DNA of 64,000 nt from the human T2T-CHM13v2.0 reference genome, Homo sapiens: NCBI RefSeq assembly GCF_009914755.1, contig NC_060933.1. One strand, given 5' to 3'. Below the pieces are notes generated by a model. The model was not told the DNA's origin and searched no databases. It saw nothing but the letters and a program-made list of their open reading frames with translations. Within the stretch, counting starts at the first letter, position 1, and every line of letters starts with the position of its first letter. Of the stretch, positions 1 to 18,199 are shown in pieces. Made by a program: the position numbers and the translations under genes.

Positions 1-1150
1 GTTTTCCAGAAAATGCTGCTTCCATTTACATTCTTACCTCAAATTAACAGAGTATGTTTTGTATCATGGATTTTTTTTTTAAATGTTATGACTCTAAAAA
101 AATACTTGAAAACCTGATATGAAAAAAACAGTATCCTATTAATTTGCATTTTAGTAGTTAACTAGAATAACAATTATTTTTCTTTTCCTTTCCTTTTTAG
201 TTTTTAGATTATCTGGTAATGCCCCTTGTCCATTTTTCTATTCAGATCTGATTGTTCGCAATTTTTCTACTGGGGTCTTCAGTGCTATGAATTCTATACA
301 AGATACATATGAAGAGTAAGAACTCACTGCCTATTAAGATTGTTGCAAATATTTTCTCATTTGTCAGTTTTATTTATAATCCTTTTTTGTTTATAATTGT
401 AAAGCAGTTTAAAACTATTGAGTTTTTCTTCCTCTGCTTTTATTCTTTTTCACCCTACTTATCACTTTCAAAGAAAGTATAGAAATAATCATCTTAATGT
501 GATTTTTTAAAATTATGATTTCTTTTACCTTACCAAGAATCTCCTCGGATGCCAGAATTGACTTTTACTCCCTTATACATTAATGATTATATAACAGAAA
601 TCATTATCATGTTGATGTAACCAATTACTAAAATATGTAAATTCACTTTCAGTATCTTTTACCCAAAGAATCATTCTATACTTCTGCACAAGGTGAGAAT
701 AAAAAAGGTTACTTTATAAAATGACTGTAAAAATAGTGAGTACAAATATTCTTTTGGTCGTTATGATGCTGTAACATTCTCTGCTGGTTTCAACAATATT
801 CCTTTTTTTTAGTCTTCCTGTTTGTCTTTGGACTTCCAAACAGTGAGTTTAAATATCATAGCAACAGTGAACCAGGTTTTGTACTATTTGATTTATTTTT
901 TAATCTATCTTATTTGCCGTATAAAATTATTAATCTTCATCTTTTAACTTACATATCTTTTCTCCAGCCTAGCATTATATATTGAGAGGAAATCCACTAA
1001 AAGTAGATCACAAAATCTACTTTTCAAAAAAGCTATTTTGTTTTTTATATCAAAATTACCATGGGCTTAAGACAGATACTAAAATTTTTAATGAATACAA
1101 TTAAATTTTTAAAATAACTGGTTACTAATTATATTACAATATAAGTTCAC

Positions 1151-1208
1151 CTGGAATCAGATAATTTGACAGCCATAAACTGCTCTGGAGGACTAGGGCC
1201 CTCATCAA
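1151..1208 (-). pseudogene. FRG1: FRG1-paralogue exon 4 (58 nt)
   Basis: caatag|TTGATGAGGGCCCTAGTCC...TCTGATTCCAG|gtgaac = DEGPSPPEQFMAVKLSDS. Confidence 0.95.
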
Positions 1209-1987
1209 CTATTGGAGAAAAAACATTTGAAAATAAATTTGACATATGCTATAAATATAAAGACATTATTTTGCTTTAAAAAATGTGGCTATTTTCTTCT
1301 GCAATTAAATGTAAGAATATTCAGATATACTGATGTCACTGTAATACTGTATCTTTGGAATCAAGATCTATTTTACCTTCTTTTAACTATAGTGCTAATT
1401 TTATACACTGAGTAAGACAGGGTGATATAATGCTTATTTAATAACTTTCGAGATAGCTTCTCTTTGTTTTAAAATACAGTCATAAATAAGCACTTATTTA
1501 AAAAAGCTAAATGCTTTCATTTATTCAATGGATGGCCTTGCTGACGAAATGATACTGCTTTTTATCTTCTAATTACTTCGTATCTCATTAGTGCTTCCTC
1601 TAATGGGCTAAAGAAAATGTGGAAACTTCAAACTGTTAAATGCACCCAGGTTAGTTTTGGTAATAGGTCTGAATAAAAAAGAAATTCAAATATGTTTGAC
1701 TCAAATAGGTTTTCTTTTTTCTTTCCACTTACTATTTTAATTATTCATATTGTTTGGATTTCCAAAGATACTCTTCTGGAACTATACGGAATGTTTTCAA
1801 ATGCTTATATTAGAAAGAGGGACTTGCCAATGGCTGGTACATATTAAGGAATTTAAAAAAATGGAAGAGTCAAATGCAATGGTTCCATTCCTTTGGAAAA
1901 TGTTTGAGACTAGTTAGAGTTTGGCCTAAGTGAATGAATGTCCTAAAATCTACACTTGTGGCAGGATCTTCCGTTCCAGACACAAAC

Positions 1988-2113
1988 CTTCTTTGTGTGG
2001 AGCTCCCAGGGTAAAAAGACCATTGTTGAGTGCATGTATATAGGTTCCCTCATCCACTTCAATGGCTATGGTTCCTGAAATTTCACCAAAGTTTGTTACT
2101 GTTCACCAGATTC
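1988..2113 (-). pseudogene. FRG1: FRG1-paralogue exon 3 (126 nt)
   Basis: ttttag|GAATCTGGTGAACAG...CACAAAGAAG|gtttgt; TGG>TGA stop at 2103-2105. Confidence 0.95.
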
Positions 2114-2443
2114 CTAAAAAATAAAATTGATATTTCAACTTTATATTTTAGTTTTGACACAGAGTTCTTTGTTATTGTAACTGAGTTTTAAAAACTTTTT
2201 ATTTTGCAGTCGTAAGAAATACTATGAAGATCTCACATATCCTTTACTCGCTTTGTCTCAGTGATAACATCTTGCATAAGTATCATACATTGTTAGAATC
2301 CGGAAACTGACATTGATATAATCCATGAAGCTTATTCAGATTTCACCAGTTTTACATGTACTTGTTTGCACGTATGTGCACAGATTCATGCGACTACCAG
2401 CACAGTCAGGATTAGGTTTTTAAAATACACAATAGCAACATAC

Positions 2444-2612
2444 AGCCAGGCATGGGGGTGCATGCCTGTAATCCCAACTACTCGGGGAGCTGTGAAAGAG
2501 GATCACTTGAGCCCAGGAGTTCAAGGTTATAGTGAGCTATGATCATGCCACTGCACTCTAGCCTGAGTGACAGAGCAAGGTCCTGTCTCAAAAAAAAACC
2601 AAACCAAAACAA
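2444..2612 (+). mobile_element. Alu monomer (FRAM / AluJ right arm)
   Basis: Alu right-arm sequence, A-rich tail, gcaacata flanking repeat. Confidence 0.85.
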
Positions 2613-2765
2613 AAGGCAACATATGAAGGTACAAAGTGATATATGGAGAACGGTCTCTCTCATGATAGACCCCAGCCATCTATTCATGCCTGCTTTCCAG
2701 AGGCAATGCCTATCATAATGCTTCTTAAAAATGCCTCTACAGGAAGACTTTCTAGCATAGTAATT

Positions 2766-3067
2766 TTTATTTATTTATTTTTTTTGAGATGGAGTCTCGC
2801 TCTGTTGCCCAGGCTGAAGTGCAGTGATGCGATCTTGGCTCACTGCAACCTCCACCTCCTGGGTTCAAACAATTCTCTGCCTCAGCTTCCCGAGTAGCTG
2901 GGGTTACAAGAGCCTGTCACCATGCACAAATAATTTTTTTTGTATTTTTAGTAGAGACAGGGTTTCACCACATTGGCCAGGCTGGTCTTGAACTCCTGAC
3001 CTCGTGATTCACCCGCCTCTGCCTCCCAAAGAGCTGGGATTACAGGTGTGAGCCACCGCGCCCAGCC
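2766..3067 (-). mobile_element. AluS
   Basis: Full dimer in reverse, T-rich tail, agtaat flanking repeat. Confidence 0.92.
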
Positions 3068-3407
3068 AGTAATCTTAACTATGATTTTAGATTGAAAGCA
3101 AAATGAGCAGAATCTATGCCTATGTATACTAATGTCCAATTTGCCAATATAAATGTTAGACTCTAGCAACAATTATTTTAGCAGTTGTTATAAAAGTTTA
3201 TATCTTAATGTTAAAAAATATCCTCAAACCTCCTCCTAATTTGTACCTTAACTAGAGTAGAAATGAGTCAATCATTAACTGGATATGACATATTAAGGAA
3301 TTCTTGTTAATTTTACAAGGTCTGATAATGACATAGTATAATATAAAAGTAAAGAACAAAACAGGTGATGAGAGAAAGACATACCACGTTAATTAATGTA
3401 CATTTAT

Positions 3408-3618
3408 TTTTTTCAAAGTTTTCAACTTCTTTGCCTTTGGTTTGAATGTCCTCCCGTAGCTCAGAGTAATTTGATCGTCTGAAGCCTTCTCTCAGCTCTT
3501 CAAAGTCATTCTCCGTCCAGCTTTGTTCCGTTGCTGGTGAGCAGCTGCGTTCCTCTGGAGGAGGAGAGGCGCTCTGATTTTTAGAGTTTCCAGTTTTTCT
3601 GTTCTGTTTTTTCCCCAT
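3408..3618 (-). pseudogene. L1 ORF1p N-terminal ~70 aa (inverted piece)
   Basis: MGKKQNRKTGNSKNQSASPPP...IQTKGKEVENFEKN. Confidence 0.95.
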
Positions 3619-3804
3619 CTTTGTGGTTTTATCTACTTTTGGTCTTTGATGATGGTGATGATGTACAGGTGGGTTTTTGGTGTGTGGATGTCCTTTCTGT
3701 TTGTTAGTTTTCCTTCTAACAGACAGGACCCTCAGCTGTAGGTCTGTTGGAGTACCCTGCAGTGTGAGGTGTCAGTGTGCACCTGCTGGAGGGTGCCTCC
3801 CAGT

Positions 3805-4587
3805 TAGAATAACTAATATAGAGAAGTGCTTAAAGGAGCTGATGGAGCTGAAAACCAAGGCTCGAGAACTACAGGAAGAATGCAGAAGCCTCAGGAGCCG
3901 ATGCGATCAACTGGAAGAAAGGGTATCAGCAATGGCAGATGAAATGAATGAAATGAAGCGAGAAGGAAAGTTTAGAGAAAAAAGAATAAAAAGAAACGAG
4001 CAAAGCCTCCAAGAAATATGGGACTATGTGAAAAGACCAAATCTACGTCTGATTGGTATACCTGAAAGTGATGGGGAGAATGGAACCAAGTTGGAAAACA
4101 CTCTGCAGGATATTATCCAGGAGAATTTCCCCAATCTAGCAAGGCAGGCCAAGGTTCAGATTCAGGAAATACAGAGAACGCCACAAAGATACTCCTCGAG
4201 AAGAGCAACTCCAAGACACATAATTGTCAGATCCACCAAAGTTGAAATGAAGGAAAAAATGTTAAGGGCAGCCACAGAGAAAGGTCGGGTTACCCTCAAA
4301 GGGAAGCCCATCAGACTAACAGCGGATCTCTCGGCAGAAACCCTGCAAGCCAGAAGAGAGTGGGGGCCAATATTCAACATTCTTAAAGAAAGGAATTTTC
4401 AACCCAGAATTTCATATCCAGCCAAACTAAGCTTCATAAGTGAAGGAGAAATAAAATACTTTACAGACAAGCAAATGATGAGAGATTTTGTCACCACCAG
4501 GCCTGCCTAAAAGAGCTTCTGAAGGAAGCACTAAACATGGAAAGGAACAACCAGTACCAACCGCTGCAAAATCATGCCAAAATGTAA
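3805..4587 (+). pseudogene. L1 ORF1p remainder, frameshifted near the C-terminus
   Basis: RITNIEKCLKELMELKT...RPNLRLIGIPE...YPAKLSF...TTRPA*; 1-nt deletion at ~4506. Confidence 0.93.
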
Positions 4588-4650
4588 TGACCATCGAGAC
4601 TAGGAAGAAACAGCATAAACTAACGAGCAAAATAACCAGCTAACATCATA

Positions 4651-8477
<3,827 letters not shown>

Positions 8478-9014
8478 ACAATGAGATCACATGGACACAG
8501 GAAGGGGAACATCACACTCTGGGGACTGTTGTGCGGTGGGGGGAGGGGGGAGGGATAGCATTGGGAGGTATACCTAATGCTAGATGATGAGTTAGTGGGT
8601 GCAGCACACCAGCATGTCACATGTATACGTATGTAACTAACCTGCGCAATGTGCACATGTACCCTAAAACTTAAAGTATAATAATAAAAAAATAAATAAA
8701 TAAAAAAGAAATGTCCATTTATGTACTTATGGATAAAATGATGTAATATCTGTGATTTTACTTAAAATTTTTTAGGAAAAAACGTGTGTGGGGGTGTGTA
8801 TGTAAATGAAACGAAATTGGCAAAATATTGATAATTAATGCTGGGGCCTGGGCACATGGGGGACTCATTATATTCTTCTATGTATGGATTAGTTTGGATA
8901 TTTCCATAATAAAAAGGTTTTAAAGATTCAGTTAATTCCACTGCACAAAATTTTCTATTCAACTAAACATTTCATGCTTTTCATAATCAATTTTAAAATA
9001 CATAAAATTTTAGC

Positions 9015-9720
9015 TAAAATGAAGTTGGACCCTTATCTAACACCAAATACAAAAAGTAACTTAAAATAGACCAAAGACCTAAATGTAAGAGCTAAAGTTA
9101 GAAAACTTTTAGAATAAGATGGAAAAAGCTTCACGACAATGAATTTGGCAATGATTTCTTATATAGAACATCAAAGGCACAGGCAACAAAAGAAAACACA
9201 GACAAACTGGACTTCATCAGAATTAAAAACTTTTGTGCATCAAGAACCACTGTCAGAATAAAAGGCAACCCAGAGAATGGAGAAAATATGTGTAAACTAC
9301 ATACATTATAAGGAATTAATATCCAGACTATGTAGAGAACTCCAAAAGGACAAATACCACAATTCAAAACTGGGCAAAGGATATATACGGACATTGCTCC
9401 AAAGATGATATACAAATGGCCAATAAGCACTCGAAAAGACGCTCAACTTCACTAGTCACTAGGGAAATATAAATCAAAACCATAATGCAATACCACTTCA
9501 CACCCATTAGAATGCTATTATCAAAACAAATAAAAAACAGAAATCAAGAAAACCAGAAAAACAAATGTTGGGCAGGATGTGGAGAAACTGAAACCCTGTG
9601 CAATGCTGGTGGGAAGGTAAAATGGTGCATGTATTTAAATGCCACTGAAGTGTACACGTAAAAATAGAAAAACTGGCAAATTCTATATTCTGTATATTTT
9701 ACCTCCACAAACACACGAAA
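9015..9720 (+). mobile_element. Old L1M ORF2/3' fragment
   Basis: atgaagttggaccc...aaatcaaaaccataatg...cacacccattagaatg, typical L1 ORF2 3' end. Confidence 0.8.
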
Positions 9721-10584
9721 CCAATGGAGAAAAAGAAAATTAATCAAAATAGACAATTAAAAAGAAATAAAACTAATAAGCAATTTAGATGATTGAGTTA
9801 TAGCTACAATTGTTTTCAGGAAAAGAAATAATGCTTTATTCAGAATCATTATCAACAGTGTTATGATTAGCAAGTCTTTCTTATAAATGTAATAGTTAAT
9901 AATTTTAAATTAGTTTTATTTTGTATGTTCTATGCCACATTCACCAAGTACACTTAATATTAAACAAAATTATTTAAATATAATATCTCATTAATGTTTT
10001 GCAAATGAAGAAGAAATTTCTGGCAGACAAGCTCCTCAAAATTTTCACACTCTGTCCAAGTAGGGAAATGATACAATAACATTACTTATAATATTGTCAA
10101 CTGAAAAAGAAATTACTTTGAACAGATGCCAGTATTTCTTCTCAATGAGATTTCAAAGAATAAGAAAGCTAAACACAGTATTATCAAGAATTAAATGTGA
10201 GCATTCTGCCTACTTTCTGCAAGTGGCCTACATTCAACCTTTGGAGGTATGCTTATACGTTTAACGACTAAAGTAACATAACATAATACTTAACAGTGCC
10301 ACTCAGGGGTTTTAGCTGTGAAAAAGCAGTGGATCCTAAGAACAGTGGGCACTGAAGTTGCCTGTCTCTATGTCAGGTTACAGCTCAAGCTGTGTATATG
10401 CTGCAGACGCACAAGCTGAATTTAAGAGAATCCGCTCTAAAACATTACTTCCTATTTAGACACATGCTTAAAGTTATTTCCTTTTAAACCTTAGGCAGAT
10501 GGTGAAATATTCCTGCTGTATTGTCTCACAATGCATAACAAAGCTTTTCACGTATTTTCAGATAGTTGAGAATGTTTCCATATG

Positions 10585-10878
10585 TCTGGCATGCCTGTAA
10601 TCCAGCACTTTGAGAGGTGGAAGCAGGAGAATCACTTAAGCCCAGGAGTTCAAAATCAGCCTAGGCAACAAAAGGAGACCCCCATCTCTACAAAAAAATT
10701 AAGAAATTAGCTGGGTATGGTGGTACAAGACTGTGGTCCCAGCTACTCGGGAGTTCGAGGTGAGAGGATTGCTTGAGCCTACGAGGTCAAGGGTGCACTG
10801 AGCCATGATCGTGTCACTGCACTCTAGCCTGAGTAACAAAGCAACAGCCTGTCTCAAAAAAAAGAAAAAAAAACAAAC
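10585..10878 (+). mobile_element. AluJ
   Basis: Dimeric Alu with J-type gcccaggagttcaa and A tail. Confidence 0.9.
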
Positions 10879-12401
10879 CTGGCCCGATGCACCAGTGTCA
10901 TGGCTGATAAGACACTATCAGGGCACCCTCATTCTAGCATCAAGGCTGTGTGACAGCTCACCTCACCTTCTGACTAACCCAGTGCTTCTGTGCTAAGGGC
11001 CCCCTTAAACCTCTACCTTCATTATGTGCTTGGCACAAAGGAATGATATATCTTAGATTTGGAAATGGAATTTTCTTCCCCAATCTTACTGTAGTCTAAG
11101 TACCCTTCACAGACCTTCTATTAACCCATAGCTTACTCAGCTTTAGTTCCTGGGTAAATCAAATCTGTGTTTTGCAAACTACGATGTAAGTTCAGTTGCT
11201 TCTGATTCTAGCAGAGCTCAGTGAAACTCTTTGCTTACAGACATGCTCATTTTTATTAATGTCACACACGGTATTCTCCATGTGAAAGACAGAATTTCTT
11301 TCATCCTATTTACCAATCCCTTCAGATCCTTGTGAGGAACCAACAGAACAGCTTCAAAAAATTAAAAGGGTTTTTTCTTTCCCTTCACAAATAGGCACAT
11401 GCTTACTTATATGGCAAGTTTAGAAAATCCACAATGCAAAAGAAGGTGGAAGGACAAGGAGAAAAAGACGCAGAAGGACTTCCTCTTCCAGCCAAGATGG
11501 ACTTGCCCTCCCACCATGACCAACGACTGAAGCTGGATAGAATATTTGAGAAAACTGTTTTCAGGGATTGGAACACAGGCAGAACAGGACTGTGATATTT
11601 GAGAACAGGAAAACACAGGAGGCAAATCTCACACACACTTCTGTTTTCTGCCCAATGGCAGTTTCTCGACCACACAGAGAGAGGTAGAGACCTCCAAAAA
11701 TGAGGCAATGTCACTGTCACTAAGCTGAGAGTCTTGCAGTGCTAACGTGTTTGGAGTTTATAGAATAAGGTACTGGAGAAGAGGGAACTACATACAGGTG
11801 AGGCCTCAAAAGAGAATGCAAAAGTTCTCTGCAGGTCTGGGGCCAAGGGCTGGGGGGAGTGCATACAGCAGGCAGGCTCCACAAGGCCTCTGCAGAGTGG
11901 CTGGCACTTCTGAGGGCTGACTGGAGATGCCAGAGAGCACACAAATTTGGGACATAGCAGAGTGGAGAGAACTCATCAAGTATACCTAGAACATGTGGCT
12001 GAGGCCCATGAGGATGAACCTTTCCTAGAGTAAGAGTCACTGTCTAAGTCTACAGGCAAAAACCTAATAAATAAGCACAAACTAACAAAGGCCCAGGCTT
12101 GACAGGAGCAAAAGGGTGGTCAAATAATATAACTAGGCATCAAGACATTTAACAGAAATAAAGGTTAAAATGTTATGAAAATGAAAGACTGAATTTATAA
12201 GGAAGAATTAACAATCCTAAATGCGTACACATGACAGCTTCAAAATACTTTAAGCAAAAACTGCTCAAGTAGACAGATCTAGAATTACAGCTGGAGATTT
12301 TAACATAACTCTCAATACATTGTAGGATGAGTAAAAAATCAGTAAGGACACAGAAGATGTGCATAGTCACAAGCTCCACCAGTTGATCTAACTGACATCT
12401 A

Positions 12402-12727
<326 letters not shown>

Positions 12728-13136
12728 CCTGAACCAACATCTACAGAATACACATTCTTTTCAAGTGTACATGGAAATTCACTAAGAATGTATGTTCTCC
12801 AACTATACTATAAATGAATTAGAAATCAGCAACAATAACATACCTATAATATCTCTATGTAGTAGAAATTAAAAAAAATACACTTTTAAATAACTCAAGT
12901 GTCCATGAAAAGAAAAATCACAAGGAAAACTAGATGATATTTTGAATGGAATGAAAACGAAAGCAAAATGTGTTGACTATAACTAAAACTAACGTGGAAT
13001 GAAGAGATCTAACTCTCTTCTTAAGAAGCAATAAAACAAGAGCAAAGTAAACTGAAAATAAGTTAAAGGGAGGAAAAAAAAAGACTGAAAATAAATGAAA
13101 TAAAAAATGAAAAAAAGAAAATAAGTAATACTGAAA

Positions 13137-13345
13137 CAGGCTTGTCCAACCTGAGGGCTGCATGTGGCCCAGGCCAGGTTTGAATGCAGCCCAACACAAA
13201 TTTGTAAACTTTCTTGAAACATTATGAGATTTTTTTTCCTTTTTTTTGGCTCATCAGCTTATCGTTAATGTATCCTATGTGTGGCCCAAGACAATTCTTC
13301 TCCTTCCGTTGTGGCCCAGGGAAGCTAAAAGAGTGAATACCCCTG
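13137..13345. mobile_element. MER30 (hAT-Charlie MITE)
   Basis: cagg...cccctg termini; 8-bp TSD tactgaaa/tactaaaa. Confidence 0.88.
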
Positions 13346-15148
13346 TACTAAAAGATCATTAATGATCTAAAATAAGTGATCTTATAAAGAATTGATAAAT
13401 CTCCAGCTAGACTGACTGATCCAGGAAAAAATAGAAAAAACACAAATTACCAATATGAAGAGACTGCAATACAGATTAGATTCTACAGACATTAGAAGGA
13501 TATTAAAGGAATATTCTGAAAAATTTTATGCCAATAAATCCAACAACTTGGATGAAATGAAATTTTCCTAAAAGACACAAATTACCAAAACTGACAACAG
13601 AAAAATCTGAAAATATCTCTTAAAAAATCTTAATTCTCCCACAAAAAACTAAAACCAAACCAAACAAAACCCTCTAGGTTCAGATGACTTCACTGGTAAA
13701 TCCTATCAAACATGTAAAGAAGAAATCATACCTATCTTACACAGCTATTTCCAAAAACAGGGAAGGAGACAGCACTTCCCATCTAATTTTATGACACCCA
13801 ATATCACCTTGACACCAAAATCAAATAAAGACATTACAAGAAAAGGATACAAAAGTCCAATATCTCCATCAACACCAATATAGAAATCTTAAAAAAAAAA
13901 AAAAAAACCTAGAAATCAACTCTAGCAATATTCCAAAGGACAATGCACCACAACCAAGTGGGGTTTATCTCAGGGATGTAAAGTTAGTTTAAAAGTTGAA
14001 AATGAAACCAATGTAATTCACTGGCAGAATGAAGAAAGTTGTATAATCATCTCAACAGATACAGAAGGAGACATTTGACAGCATTAAACATCGTTATGAT
14101 AAAAACTGCCGAGAAACAAAGTTTAAAAGGAATGTCCTCATTTTGATAAAGGTTTTCTCTGTAGATCGTACAGACATCATACCATATGGTGGACTACTGA
14201 AACCTTTCTGCCTAAGCTTGGAAACAATGCAATTATGCCCATTCTCGTGACTTCTGTTCAACACTATGGAAGTCCTGGACAGTATAATAAACCAATAAAA
14301 AGCAAGACAAGACATTAAGATTCGAAAGAAAGAAGTAAAATGATAGTCACAGGAAACATAATTGCAAATTTCTTAGTTTTCTATATAAACAAACCACTAG
14401 AAGTAATAAGTGAAACAGACTTATCAGACTATAAAGTCACTATACAAAAATCAATTGTATATCTACATACTGACAGCAAACAACTGGAAAGTCAAATTCA
14501 AAAGTTCTACACAGTAATGTAAAATTATAAAATACTTAAGAATAAATTTTTAAACAGGCATGCAAGACTGCTACATTGAAAATTATGAAATATTGAGGCC
14601 CAATATTAAGATGTTGATTCTCCCCCAAATGATCTGGACTCAATACAATTCTCCGAGAAAATCCAACAGGCTTCACTGTAGAAATTAATAAACTAATAGT
14701 AAGTACAAAGTTGGAGGACACACACTACCTGATCTCAAGACTTCATGAAATTATAGCAATCAAGAGAAATATACCAAAAGAAAAACAGACAATCGATAGA
14801 ACAGAGTCCAGAAATAGACCAATACATAGAAAGTTAATTGACTTTTTATGAAGATACGAAACTGGATTAATGGAAAAAGGAAACACCAGTGGTGCTGGCA
14901 CAAATGGCTATCAAGATGTTAAAAAAAAAAAAAAGTAAATCTTGAAACCAAACTCACACCATGCCAAAAATTAATTTGAGATTAATGACAGATTTAATGT
15001 AAAAACTAAAACTATGATGCCTCTAAAAGACAATGTAGAATATCTTCCTGACTTTGGGGTAAGCAAAGATCTCTTAGATCAAAGAGATAAGGCAGTAACC
15101 ATAAAAGAAAAAAAAATAAACTAAGCTTTATAAAAATTAAAAGCTTCT

Positions 15149-15369
15149 GACCATCCTGGCTAACATGGTGAAACCCTGTCACTACTAAAAACACAAAAAA
15201 TTAGCTGGGCGTGGTGGCAGGTGCCTGTAGTCCCAGCTACTTGGGAGGCTAAGGCAGGAGAATGGCGTGAACCTGGGAGGTGGACCTAGCAGTGAACGAA
15301 GATTGCGCCACTGCCCTCCAGTCTGGGTGACAGAGCAAGACTCCATCTCAAAAAAAAAAAAAAAAAAAA
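15149..15369 (+). mobile_element. 5'-truncated AluY-like
   Basis: gaccatcctggctaac...gaatggcgtgaacc, poly(A). Confidence 0.88.
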
Positions 15370-16295
15370 GCTGTCCATCCAAAAACCACCATTAAGAAAC
15401 TGAAAAGGTAAAACTCAGACTGGGAGAAAAGACTGATAACACCATCAACTCTTGGCAAGGATGTAACTGGAGAACTAATTCATTCTTGTTGGGAGGATAA
15501 AATAGCACAACCACTTTAGAAAATTTTTGACAGTTTCTTATATAGTTAAACATTCAACTATCCTTTGACACAGCAATTCCACATCTACATATCTACCCTA
15601 GATATTTACCCTAATTTTAGAATTGTTGATTTGCCATTTCAAAAGCAATGATCTTCCAGAACATTAGCTTTACACCATTCCATATTTTATATATTTTTTA
15701 AGCTACCATAATTTATGAAGATTCAAAATGCAACTTGCCAAGTTTTAAAAAAGAAAAAAAAGTATGGAAACAGCTAAACGGAAAACAGGCTGGTTAAGTG
15801 TGTTTGGGTCAGTTTATTTCTAGTATCATTTACAGGCCACCCTGATATTGTATTTAAAATTTTCATTCATTTCAGAGTTCACAAAATAATGATTTTTCCT
15901 GTGAAGATACTTCGTTTAAGAGACAACTGACTTCTACAACTAAAATGTACAGATGTTCAAAGAAAATAGCTTGTAAAATATATTTGGTTGAATAACATTT
16001 ACATTAAGCCTTTAAAATTATGTATCAGAATCTCCGGCTATTAAGCAGTCTAATGGTGCCTACTAAGTCAGAGTGTTGTAATTCTTCTCTCCTGTGCTCT
16101 GTTCTGATAATGAAGTAAAGGCATCAGTAGCATCTACTGTGCTAAAGAATAAATGGAATTTACAACTGTAGGCAATATTTAAGCACTTTAAGACAAATAT
16201 GAATACATCATAAATTTCTAACTAGGAAAATATTTTCAATGAGATCTCAAGAAATGTTAACTTTTTTCAGAATAAAGCACTGAAAACTGACTCAC

Positions 16296-16362
16296 CAACA
16301 TATCAAGCTGGGTTTCTTCATCTTCTCTTTTTCTCTTCTTATCTTTGCTCTTTTTCTTCTTA
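16296..16362 (-). pseudogene. FRG1: FRG1-paralogue exon 2 (67 nt, frameshifted)
   Basis: cctgtag|TAAGAAGAAAAAGAGC...CTTGATATGTTG|gtgagt; lysine-rich NLS exon, lacking one Glu codon and one T relative to the recalled FRG1 (EEDEETQLDIVG). Confidence 0.93.
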
Positions 16363-16544
16363 CTACAGGAAATAATTTATATAGATGAGTTTAAGTATAT
16401 TGATTTGTGTGATAAATAAATATCGTAAGATTGAAACTTGGAAGTCTTTTAAGTTGTTTCATTTATAAATTATTGATTTAGGAAGACTTACATTGCTATG
16501 CCCTCTTAAATACAGTACTGAGAATTTGCTTCAGGCTTTGTACA

Positions 16545-17445
16545 TATTATGTTAAAGTTCAAAGCAGATTGTAGAGCCACACCGCCAGATTTTAAATCCC
16601 GATTCTGTCACTTCTTAGCTCTGCAATTTTTGGAAAAGGTACTGAATCTCTCTGTGAGTCAGTTTCCCCACTTAAAAAATTAGGATAACAACTTAACTCT
16701 TAAGTCTATTGTGAGGATTAAGAGGTAATATGTATCTTCACACATTGCTGGTGGAAATGTAAAATGGTGCAGCATCTACAGGAAACAGTTTGGGGTTCCT
16801 CAAAAAGTTAAAGAGTTACCATATGACCCAGCAATTTTACTCCTAAGTATGTATACCCAAGGGAAATGAAAACGTACACCCACAAAAATACTTACATAAG
16901 AATATTCACACTAGCATTAGTCACAATAGTCAAAAAGGGGAAACAATCTAAATGTTCATCAACTGATGAATGGATGAACAAAATATTACATCCATACAAT
17001 GGACTACACTACGCAGCCATAAAAAGGAACAAGTGCTACAACAATGATGGACCTCAAGAATGTTGTAAGTGAAAGAAGCCAGATACAAAAGGCCACATGT
17101 TACATGATTTCTTAGGAAATATTCAGAATAGGCAATTTCACATAGATAGCAGACTAGTGGTTGCCATGGACTAGGAGAGGGGGAAGATGGGATGTGACAG
17201 CTTTAATGGGTAGGAAGAGATTTCCTTTTGAGATGACAAAAATGCTGAGCAACTAGACAGTGGTGAACCTCTTGGATATATACTAAAAACCACTGACTGT
17301 ACAAAAGGGTGAATTTTATAATTATGAATTACATCGCAATAAAAAAATAAAAACCCAAGAGGGATTTGAAAAAAGTTAATGTGCAAAATGCCTACAATTT
17401 CTTGGCGCATTGAAAGTGCTATATAAGCATTAATTATGATTATTA
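16545..17445 (+). mobile_element. MIR interrupted by an L1MB 3' end (16735-17355)
   Basis: MIR core (ctctctgtgagtcagtttcccc..gtgaggattaa) resumes after the L1 aataaa tail. Confidence 0.75.
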
Positions 17446-18199
17446 CGATAATCTTAAGATACTCTTGTCTGCATTTTCATCATAAAGTTTTCAGAAGATA
17501 ACTCACCACTCCTCACAGGAAATTCACAGAGTAAAAATCTCACATTCATTCAGGATATACCTGCCATTTATTCTGGCATCTTCATGAGGCCAGACTCCTC
17601 GAGAGGGTTCTCAAGGGCAGTGGCTTCAGCTCACTCCTTGATACTTTCTTTCCATCTCGCCTAACAATATCAAAACTTCTGTTTATCACGGAGGCCAGGA
17701 GGAAAGCTCAATATTTGCATGTACAGTCAACCTCAGGCAAATCTGCCAGTTAAAAAAGAAGCGGGGATATGAATGCACAGGTATTTTTCTCCTAAAGAGC
17801 TAATAAATTACCACTACAACCTCCTCCTCACATTTGGCTCAATTTATTTACTGCATGTATGTTCTCTCATTTAATCCTCACAGTCTTCTAAAGGTATAAA
17901 AAATGGTCTGAAAGTATAAATGTGTAAACGGAGGTTCAAAGATACTTGATCTCTTAATGAGTAAATGGAAGTTCAGACATATTAACCAATTTGCCACAAA
18001 TTACAAAATTAGTAAATGACAGAGTGCAGGTTCCAGCCCATATCCCTATCAAAGTCCATATACACCTCAACCACTGTGTGATTCATCCTGGTTTCACTCT
18101 ACATATTAGCTTAGAAAAAAATTAATAATTTTTCCAGGAAGAGACAATGGAGAAAAGAATAATTCCTAATAAAGGAAGTTATTATAATGAACTACAAGA

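Noticed and set aside
2478-3172. Alu-derived ORFs (also at 12399, 15185, 45519, 58055, 60796)
   Set aside because: Typical Alu translation artefacts
3677-4510. 277-aa chimeric ORF across the inversion junction
   Set aside because: Non-ATG start in antisense 5'UTR sequence and no evident promoter; an accidental in-frame fusion
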